17,455 nucleotides of DNA. It comes from Candidatus Hydrothermales bacterium (GTDB lineage Bacteria; Hydrothermota; Hydrothermia; Hydrothermales; JAJRUZ01). Location of the stretch: NCBI GenBank assembly GCA_039630575.1, contig JBCNUW010000028.1, positions 1 to 17,455 of the forward strand, in the 5' to 3' direction. The notes below the pieces were generated by a model. That model was given only the letters and a program-made list of their open reading frames with translations, was not told where the DNA came from and searched no databases. A program made the position numbers and the translations under genes. This document shows positions 8,351-15,370 of the stretch, in pieces (positions within the stretch are counted from its first letter, which is position 1; every line of letters starts with the position of its first letter).

Positions 8351-8884
8351 TTAAATATAATTTTCAAAATACTGAGATGTTTTTTCGTCTATATCACACA
8401 GGAAAACTTCACTAATATTTTTTGCTTCTTTTTCTAAAAAGTTTTTTACAATATCTACTATAATTTTTGTAGCTAATTCTTTTGGAAAGCCAAATATTCC
8501 AGTTGAAACAGCAGGTATTGCTATGCTTTTAATTTTTAAATTTTCACCTTCTTTTAGAGAACTTATAACAGCATTTTTTAATTTTTCCTCCTCATTTCCT
8601 TCCCCCCATTTTGGACCAACTGTATGTATTATGTATTTCGCTTTTAAGTTACCTCCAGTTGTTACGACAGCTTTTCCAACTTCACAGTAACCGATTTTGT
8701 CGCTTTCTTCTTGGATTATTTTTCCTCCTTTTTTCACAATAACACCGGCAAGTCCGCCAATATGTTTTAGTTTTTCATTAGCTGGATTTACTATAGCTTC
8801 TACATCTAATTCAGTTATATCACCGTGACACACATATACTTTTTTCCCATCTATTTCTTTTTCTTTAATAATTTTAGGTTTCAT
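8351..8884 (-). CDS. Macro domain protein (ADP-ribose binding / O-acetyl-ADP-ribose deacetylase, YmdB-like)
   Basis: HGDIT, AIVNPAN, HIGGLAG, IIHTVGP and SIAIPAVSTGIFGFP motifs. Confidence 0.92.
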   Translation of the reverse strand: MKPKIIKEKEIDGKKVYVCHGDITELDVEAIVNPANEKLKHIGGLAGVIVKKGGKIIQEESDKIGYCEVGKAVVTTGGNLKAKYIIHTVGPKWGEGNEEEKLKNAVISSLKEGENLKIKSIAIPAVSTGIFGFPKELATKIIVDIVKNFLEKEAKNISEVFLCDIDEKTSQYFENYI

Positions 8885-8921
8885 TTTTAATTATATAGTA
8901 GTTTTGAGTTAAAATAAAATA
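8885..8921. promoter_or_regulatory. Compact divergent promoter region (putative leaderless -10 boxes on both strands)
   Basis: Minus-strand TATAAT (8890-8895) lies 5 nt before the macro ATG; plus-strand TAAAAT (8910-8915) lies 6 nt before ATG 8922. No Shine-Dalgarno on either side. Confidence 0.45.
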
Positions 8922-10613
8922 ATGGAAAGTAGACTTTCAAAAGAAGAAAAGAAAATTCTTGATAAGATGATAAGAATTGCAAGTAAAAAAGGTGTTTGTG
9001 TGAAAATTGATGAGGAGGAAAGAAGGGGGAGAATATATGTGGTAGCTAAGGATTGGCCAGGTTTACAAGATGCAATTTCAACATCTATACATGAGAGGGG
9101 GTTTAACTTACATTTTTTTATGGGATTTGTTCTTGAGAAAAATTTGGCAGGAATAATTGCTGAAGTTGAGTTAACTGATCATAATATAAGAGAAAAATTC
9201 AGAAAAGAAAAAGAATTCTTAAAGCGTTATTTACCTGATATTGCTAAATTTGATCCCTGGATGAAAGGTCTTTTGGATTCAACAGCTTCTAAATTAAGGA
9301 TTTTTAGAGAAGTTTTAAGGATTCTGAGAAAGGAGTTAAAAAGGAAAAAGCTCATAAAAGATATAGTTGTTGAAACTGAAAAGTTTTTCTCTTCAAGGTC
9401 TTGGGCATATATAGGAAGTAGAAAGCCAGAGGATTTAGCACAACAGATTTTGATGCAGATAGAATTGAGGAATTTAGTAAGGGAAAAAGGTGGTATTCAT
9501 GTTCACATAAAAAACTTTAGGACTTTATCAGAGGAATTAACAGGAATATTAATTGCAGGTTCTTCAAGGGATCTTTTTCTTGACCAAGTGCTTGATGTTT
9601 TAAGAGATATTATTCCTGATTTTAGGAGAAAATTTGAGAAAGTTTTTACTGAAGATGGAGTTACGGTGATAAGAATTGAGATTCAGACTCCTGAGGAGAC
9701 TTGGTATCCTGAAGAGAAGCATCTTATAATAGAGAACTATCTGATTGAGCATTTAAAGTTAAGAAGAAGAAAAATATTAAGTGAGAGATTGAGGGTGAGT
9801 CCAGAAATAATTGGAAGGGTGATTATTCCTTCACTTATCCAGGAAGTGAAGAATACAAAGATTCCCCAAATATATACCTTTCTTACTGGTGTAACAGATG
9901 AGCATATTTATTTTAAGGTACTTGGGGTTATTCCAAAAAAGAGTGAGGGGTCTTATACTGATGAAATTATAAAGTCTTTAGATAAAATAAAGGGAATAAA
10001 TGTTGTATCTTCAAAGGCACCGAGTTTTTCTCATGATTATGAAATAGTAATAATTAATACCTGTTCTGAAAGTGCCCTTTTTGATTCTCCTGATGATGTT
10101 TACAAGATCTTAAATGATACTTTAAGGGAGGTAATCGGTAATTTCAGGGATTTTGATCAAGGTTTAAGGATATTGGAGAATTTAAAGTTTAACCAGCTTG
10201 AAGAGAAAATGGCTGGATCTGGAATTGAATTGCATCTTCTTCGTAGGCTTTTTTATTCTTTAGATGAATTTTTTAGAGTACAAATAGATATTGAGGATTT
10301 AACTTTGGGTTTTAAGATGCTTTGGAGTAATGTGATGAAGTATGCAAGTTCCCATGAATTTCTCTGTAATTTTAAAAATGGTAAAAAGACTTCAATAGTT
10401 ACTTTTTGTGGCGATAGAGCCGAAAATATGTTTGAAACAGTTTTAGACGAGTTTAAAGGAAAGGAGTTGTCTGCATTGAGATTTGATGATTTTGGATTTG
10501 TCGCCTATTTAATTTTTTTGTCTTATAATCAAAAACCAATCGAATTGGAGGAAATAAGTAGTAAATTAAAAAAAGTTTGTCATAAACTTTTAATAAAGGT
10601 TCAAATCCCATAA
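8922..10613 (+). CDS. Hypothetical protein with multiple ACT-like domains
   Basis: 563-aa ORF. IYVVAKDWPGLQDAISTSIHERGFNL matches the ACT signature (D-R-P-G-L...I...L...G.NI). Further ACT-like segments lie near aa 206, 328 and 490. Confidence 0.5.
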   Translation: MESRLSKEEKKILDKMIRIASKKGVCVKIDEEERRGRIYVVAKDWPGLQDAISTSIHERGFNLHFFMGFVLEKNLAGIIAEVELTDHNIREKFRKEKEFLKRYLPDIAKFDPWMKGLLDSTASKLRIFREVLRILRKELKRKKLIKDIVVETEKFFSSRSWAYIGSRKPEDLAQQILMQIELRNLVREKGGIHVHIKNFRTLSEELTGILIAGSSRDLFLDQVLDVLRDIIPDFRRKFEKVFTEDGVTVIRIEIQTPEETWYPEEKHLIIENYLIEHLKLRRRKILSERLRVSPEIIGRVIIPSLIQEVKNTKIPQIYTFLTGVTDEHIYFKVLGVIPKKSEGSYTDEIIKSLDKIKGINVVSSKAPSFSHDYEIVIINTCSESALFDSPDDVYKILNDTLREVIGNFRDFDQGLRILENLKFNQLEEKMAGSGIELHLLRRLFYSLDEFFRVQIDIEDLTLGFKMLWSNVMKYASSHEFLCNFKNGKKTSIVTFCGDRAENMFETVLDEFKGKELSALRFDDFGFVAYLIFLSYNQKPIELEEISSKLKKVCHKLLIKVQIP

Positions 10614-10628
10614 CTTATTTAAATAAAA

Positions 10629-11777
10629 ATGAAACTACTTGAATATCAAGGGAGATTATTGTTTGAAAAATATAACATACCAGTTAAAAGAGGAGAAGTT
10701 GCCTATTCACCTGATGAAGCTTTTGAGATACACAAAAGGCTTGGCCTAAAGGAGGTAGTAATAAAAGCTCAAGTTCCGGTTGGTGGTAGGGGAAAAGCTG
10801 GTGGGATTAAAATCTCAGATTCTCCTGAGAAAACAAGAAAACTTACTGAAGAAATTCTGTCTTTGACAATAAAGTCAATTAAAGTAAACAAAGTTCTTAT
10901 TGCAGAGTCAGTAAATATTCAAAAAGAAATGTATGTTTCTTTAACTTTAGATAGAAGAACAGGTAAAATTTTGCTTATGGCAATCAGAGAAGGGGGTGTT
11001 GAAGTAGAGGAGATTGCAAAGGAAAGGCCTGAAAGTATTTATACAGATTATATACCACTTATGAGGGGTATTTCAGCCTATCAGCTGAGAAAATTTTCTG
11101 ATTTTCTTTTTCCTGAAAATAAAGAGTTAAAAAAAGAGTCTGAGAATATTTTGATGAATATGTTTAAGCTTTTTAGGGAGTGTTATGCTTCTTTAGTAGA
11201 GATAAATCCTTTAGGGCTTTGTGATGATGGCAAGTTATGGGCTATAGATTCAAAAATTATAATAGACGATAATGCCCTATTTAAGTTACCCAGTTTTGTT
11301 CCAGGTAGAGATATGGATTATGAAAATATAAAAGAGCATGAGGCAAAGGAGCATGGTTTATCCTATGTGAAGTTAGAGGGTAAGGTAGGGTGTGTGGTGA
11401 ACGGAGCTGGTCTTGCAATGGCAACAATGGATACACTGAAAAAGTTTGGAGGTGAACCTGCTAATTTTCTTGATATTGGTGGGTCTTCTTCACCTGAGAA
11501 GGTTATGGCAGCAATGAGAATTCTTTTATCTGATGCCAATGTAAAATCAGTTTTTCTTAATATTTTTGGTGGGATAACAAGGTGCGATGATGTGGCAAAA
11601 GGTCTTGTTGAAGCTTTTAAGGAGTTAAATCCAAAGGTTCCAGTAGTTATCAGGTTAACTGGAACCAATGAGGAGGAGGGAAGAAAGATAATTGAAAGTT
11701 CTGGATTGAATCTTTATACAGCAAAGACGATGGATGAGGGTGCAAAGTTAGCTTGTGAAATGGCTGAGAAAATGTAA
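10629..11777 (+). CDS. sucC: ADP-forming succinate-CoA ligase beta subunit
   Basis: MKLLEYQG, VIKAQV..GGRGKAGG, EINPL, VNGAGLAMATMD, PANFLDIGG, NIFGGITRCD and RLTGTNEEEG motifs. Confidence 0.95.
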   Translation: MKLLEYQGRLLFEKYNIPVKRGEVAYSPDEAFEIHKRLGLKEVVIKAQVPVGGRGKAGGIKISDSPEKTRKLTEEILSLTIKSIKVNKVLIAESVNIQKEMYVSLTLDRRTGKILLMAIREGGVEVEEIAKERPESIYTDYIPLMRGISAYQLRKFSDFLFPENKELKKESENILMNMFKLFRECYASLVEINPLGLCDDGKLWAIDSKIIIDDNALFKLPSFVPGRDMDYENIKEHEAKEHGLSYVKLEGKVGCVVNGAGLAMATMDTLKKFGGEPANFLDIGGSSSPEKVMAAMRILLSDANVKSVFLNIFGGITRCDDVAKGLVEAFKELNPKVPVVIRLTGTNEEEGRKIIESSGLNLYTAKTMDEGAKLACEMAEKM

Positions 11778-11783
11778 AGGTTT

Positions 11784-12716
11784 ATGAGAGTTTGTGTCTT
11801 AGGAGCTAGTGGAATTGTAGGTAAGACTCTTTTAAAAGTTTTAGAAGAAAGGAATTTTCCTGCAGATGATTTTTTACTTTTTGGAACAGAAGAAAAAGAA
11901 TTAATTATAGAAGGGAAGATTTTTAAAGTAGAGAAATTTGATGGGAAGATACCTGATTGTGATCTTTTCTTTTCTTGTTTAGAGGATGAAGAAGCTAAAA
12001 CTATTATACCTGAGATAATAAAAAAGGGTAAAAGGGTTATTGATAACTCATCTGCTTTTAGGCTTGAAGAGAGTGTGCCTCTTGTTGTTCCTGAAATAAA
12101 CAAGGATCATTTAAAAAAGAGTGATCTTCTAATTGCAAATCCAAATTGTTCGACAATTCAACTTGTTCTTTCGGTTTCCCCTTTTATTAAATTTGGTATT
12201 AAAAGGATATTTGTTTCAACTTATCAGTCAGTTTCGGGTGCTGGTAAGAGGGGGCTTTACGCTTATCAGAGGGAAAAGAGGGGAGAGTTTTACAATGATA
12301 GTCCTTTCCCATATAAAATATTTGAGAATCTTTTTCCTTATGTGGGTGAGATTAAAGATGGTGAGTCTAAGGAGGAGAGGAAAATTTTTTTAGAAAGCAG
12401 AAAAATTTTAAAAAATGAAAAGTTAGAGATTTATCCTATCTGTGTTAGAGTTTCTGTCCCTTATGTTCATTCTCAATCTGTTTTTATTGAGCTTGAGAAA
12501 AAGGTAAGTTTAGATGAGATAGAGGGTGAGATTAAAAGAAGGAGTTATTTGGTTTACGATGAAGTTCCCTCGCCTTTTAAGTATATAGACAAAGATGTTG
12601 TAGGCATAGGGAGGATAAAAGTTAGGGGAAATATTTTAAGTTTTTTTTCTTGTATGGATAACTTAAGAAAGGGGGCTGCAACAAATGCGGTGCAGATAGG
12701 GGAATTTTATGTCTGA
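11784..12716 (+). CDS. asd: Aspartate-semialdehyde dehydrogenase
   Basis: GASGIVG, IDNSSAFR, VPLVVPEIN, IANPNCSTIQ (catalytic Cys), STYQSVSGAG and DNLRKGAATNAVQI motifs. Confidence 0.93.
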   Translation: MRVCVLGASGIVGKTLLKVLEERNFPADDFLLFGTEEKELIIEGKIFKVEKFDGKIPDCDLFFSCLEDEEAKTIIPEIIKKGKRVIDNSSAFRLEESVPLVVPEINKDHLKKSDLLIANPNCSTIQLVLSVSPFIKFGIKRIFVSTYQSVSGAGKRGLYAYQREKRGEFYNDSPFPYKIFENLFPYVGEIKDGESKEERKIFLESRKILKNEKLEIYPICVRVSVPYVHSQSVFIELEKKVSLDEIEGEIKRRSYLVYDEVPSPFKYIDKDVVGIGRIKVRGNILSFFSCMDNLRKGAATNAVQIGEFYV

Positions 12717-13947
12717 TAAAAAATCTTTTGGTGATAAGGTTTTAGAGATTTATTTTAAGGAGATTTCAAGGTATAACATATTACCTCCAGATGAGATAGA
12801 TGCGCTTGTTTTGAAAGCGCAGAAAGGAGACAAGGTAGCTAAAGAAAAGGTTGTTCATTCTCTTTTAAGGATGGTTGTTAGTATAGCGATGAAGTATAGG
12901 GATTATGGAGTTCCAGTGCAGGATCTTATAAATGAGGGTAATTTGGGGCTTTTGAGGGCAATAGATAAGTTTGATCCTTCAAAGGGAGTTCATTTTATTG
13001 GTTATGCTCCTTATTGGATAAAGCAGGCTATAACAAGAGCTCTTGATGAGCAGTCTACAACGGTTAGGATCCCTTCGGAGCATAGAGCTGCTTTAAGGAA
13101 AATAAAAAGGGTGAAAGAGGAGCTTGGGTATAAAAAGGGGGGGATAAAAGATGAGGAGATAGCAAAGATTACAGGTTTACCACTTGAGGAGATAAAATTT
13201 GCAAAATCTATAATAGCGCAGGAGTTATCTCTTGATCAGCTTCCAATGGAGGGTGAGGATAAATCTTCATGGGAGGAGATAGTGGATCAAAAGTCCTTGC
13301 CATCTCCTGAAGTTGAATTTGCTGAGGAAAAGAAGAAGTTGAAAATAAAGGAAATTTTATCGAACTTATCTTTGAGAGAGAGGTTAATAATATATCTTTA
13401 TATGGGAACTGAATTTTCCTGTTATGAGATTTTAAAAATAATAAGGGAGTATGTAAAGATGATGGGTTATGAGTTAAATCCAAAGGATATTGTAATTGAT
13501 ACTATTTATAGAATTATAAATGAATCATTGATAGAGCATAGTAAACTTGGTAGGATAAGTGGTAAGTATCTTGAAATTTTAAGAAAGACCAATGATTTGG
13601 ATTTATGGAAGGAAATGGCGAAGAACAAAAATTTAATAAAGGGTATTTTTTCTTCAGATAAGATAGATTTAAAAGAGGCGGTTTTAATTCATAGGTATTG
13701 GAAATACATTGAGGATGATGTTGAGAAAAAGAAAATATTTCTGAAGTGGTTAAAGGAAGTTTTTCAAAATGATAAGGAAAAGAAAAATGTTTTTTTGCTT
13801 TATTATGCGCTTGATTCTGGATATCCTCAGATTCTTGAAGTAATTGGGGATTTATTGAACATATCAAGGGAGAGGGTAAGGCAGATAAAGGAAAGGACTA
13901 TGAGGGAACTTCAGAGAATTTTCCAAAGGGAGAGGATAGGAATTTGA
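12709..13947 (+). CDS. RNA polymerase sigma factor, RpoD/SigA family (no region 1.1), with a large insertion in region 4
   Basis: Region 1.2 YFKEISRYNILP, 2.2 DLINEGNLGLLRAIDKFDP, 2.3-2.4 F..YA..WIKQAI, 3.0 VRIP, 3.2 LSLD, 4.2 LEVIG..LNISRERVRQI. Confidence 0.9.
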   Translation: MSDKKSFGDKVLEIYFKEISRYNILPPDEIDALVLKAQKGDKVAKEKVVHSLLRMVVSIAMKYRDYGVPVQDLINEGNLGLLRAIDKFDPSKGVHFIGYAPYWIKQAITRALDEQSTTVRIPSEHRAALRKIKRVKEELGYKKGGIKDEEIAKITGLPLEEIKFAKSIIAQELSLDQLPMEGEDKSSWEEIVDQKSLPSPEVEFAEEKKKLKIKEILSNLSLRERLIIYLYMGTEFSCYEILKIIREYVKMMGYELNPKDIVIDTIYRIINESLIEHSKLGRISGKYLEILRKTNDLDLWKEMAKNKNLIKGIFSSDKIDLKEAVLIHRYWKYIEDDVEKKKIFLKWLKEVFQNDKEKKNVFLLYYALDSGYPQILEVIGDLLNISRERVRQIKERTMRELQRIFQRERIGI

Positions 13948-14747
13948 GGATAGGTTTTTTTCAATTTAGACCTTTTCATGGTGAAAAAGATAAGAATTTA
14001 GAGGTTATAAAGGAGGTAATAAGAAAAAGTAAGGCTGAGGTACTTGTTTTTCCTGAGCTTTCTACATCAGGGTATTTAGTTCCTGACAAAGTTTTTTTAG
14101 AGAGAAATTCTTTCTGTGTTCCTAATAGTAGAGAGTTTGAGGATCTTTTAAGAGTAGTTAGAAAGACAGGTACGGTTTCAGTTATTGGTTTTCCTGAGAG
14201 GGTTAATGAAATTTTTTATAATTCAGCCTTATATATTTTGCCTGATGGTAATTTTGGTGTTTATAGGAAGATTCATCTTTTTTATAAGGAGAAGTTATAT
14301 TTTGAGGGTGGAGATGATGTAAAAAGTGGTATATTTGAGTATGGGGGGTTTAAGTTTGGAGTTATGATATGTTTTGATTGGTTTTTTCCTGAGCAGGTTA
14401 GGTATTTAGTGTTGAATGGGGTGAGTATGGTTTTGCATTGTGCAAATTTAGTTTTACCTTGGTCGCAGAGGGCGATGAGGATTTATTCAGTTATAAATAG
14501 GATTTTTACATTAACGGCGAACAGGATTGGTGAGGAGAGATATAAAGATGATGTTTATGTTTTTACGGGGAAGAGTCAGATTGTTTCGCCATCTGGGAAG
14601 ATAGTTGTGAGGGCAAATGCAAGGAGTGAGGTATTGAGGGTAAAGGATATTGATTTGACTGAGTCTAACAATAAAAATATAAATGAGTTCAACAATGTTT
14701 TTGAAGATTTAAAAAAATTTTATCCTTATAGGGATGATTTTTTTTAA
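13944..14747 (+). CDS. Nitrilase-superfamily carbon-nitrogen hydrolase
   Basis: Glu-Lys-Cys triad motifs VFPEL, YRKIHLF and ICFDWFFPE, plus ANRIG and FTGKSQIV.P.G. TTG start overlaps the sigma-factor stop. Confidence 0.92.
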   Translation: MRIGFFQFRPFHGEKDKNLEVIKEVIRKSKAEVLVFPELSTSGYLVPDKVFLERNSFCVPNSREFEDLLRVVRKTGTVSVIGFPERVNEIFYNSALYILPDGNFGVYRKIHLFYKEKLYFEGGDDVKSGIFEYGGFKFGVMICFDWFFPEQVRYLVLNGVSMVLHCANLVLPWSQRAMRIYSVINRIFTLTANRIGEERYKDDVYVFTGKSQIVSPSGKIVVRANARSEVLRVKDIDLTESNNKNINEFNNVFEDLKKFYPYRDDFF

Positions 14748-14833
14748 ATAAGAGATAAAATTAACTTTTTGAATTTAAATTTTGAAATTATTGCTTTTTT
14801 TTGTGTTATAAATTTTTTTTGAGGTGGTAAGAG

Positions 14834-15146
14834 ATGGGTACAATGATGAAACCAATTGAAGAAATAAAGAAAAAAATTGATAGAACTTAAGCCTTTGCTT
14901 AAAGAAAAATATAAAATCAAAGAGATAGGGACCTTCAGTTCCTATGTAAAAGGATGTCAGAGAAAAAGAAGTGATCTTGATATACTTGTGGAGTTTGAGG
15001 AAAACTCAGGAATTACTCTTTTAGATTTTATTGAAATGGAAAATTTTTTATCTGATAAATTAAAAGTAAAAGTTGATTTAGTTATGAAAAGTGCCTTAAA
15101 ACCTTATATAGGGAAAATTATACTCAAAGAAGTTGTTTATTTATGA
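14834..15146 (+). pseudogene. MNT (minimal nucleotidyltransferase) antitoxin, frameshifted
   Basis: SD GAGGTGG, then ATG...[10 protein letters not shown], which is out of frame with [13 protein letters not shown] by one extra A in the A7 run at 14870-14876. The GSx10DxD motif reads SSx10DLD. Confidence 0.75.
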
Positions 15147-15286
15147 AACGCAAAATTACAGATAGATATATTAAATGAATCTAATTATTTTGGGTTAAGA
15201 ATTTGCCACAGAATATCAAAAAATACTGTCCTCAAATTATTTGGGAAATAATGTCGGGAATTAAAGATAAATTTGTTCTTTTCTAG
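15143..15286 (+). pseudogene. HEPN (DUF86/HepT-like) toxin remnant
   Basis: ATGA overlap with the MNT stop. [11 protein letters not shown] is followed in the same frame, after two stops, by WVKNLPQNIKKYCPQIIWEIMSGIKDKFVLF*, resembling the DUF86 segment 'VKxLPxxIxxxYPxIPWxxIAGMRDKLIH'. Confidence 0.65.
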
Positions 15287-15341
15287 CTTAAAAAGGAGAC
15301 CAGTCCTAAAAGAGAAAAAATACTGAAGAGATTAAAACAGT

Positions 15342-15370
15342 TTGAAATAATTTTATTTTGATGCTAAAAT
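15342..15370 (+). promoter_or_regulatory. sigma70-type extended -10 promoter for hsdM
   Basis: TTGAAA (15342-15347), 17-nt spacer, TG at 15362-15363, TAAAAT (15365-15370). Confidence 0.6.

Noticed and set aside
11363..12393. ORFs 11363-11668(-), 11714-12103(-) and 12133-12393(+)
   Set aside because: Antisense or alternate-frame shadows of sucC and asd.
13408..13809. Intein or intron as the explanation of the sigma insertion
   Set aside because: No C-terminal His-Asn followed by Cys/Ser/Thr, no block A/B or LAGLIDADG motifs, and no stop-containing structured RNA.
13208..13867. Minus-strand ORFs 13208-13483 and 13514-13867 over the sigma gene and its insert
   Set aside because: No recognisable motifs or start signals, and the plus-strand frame is continuous through the insert.
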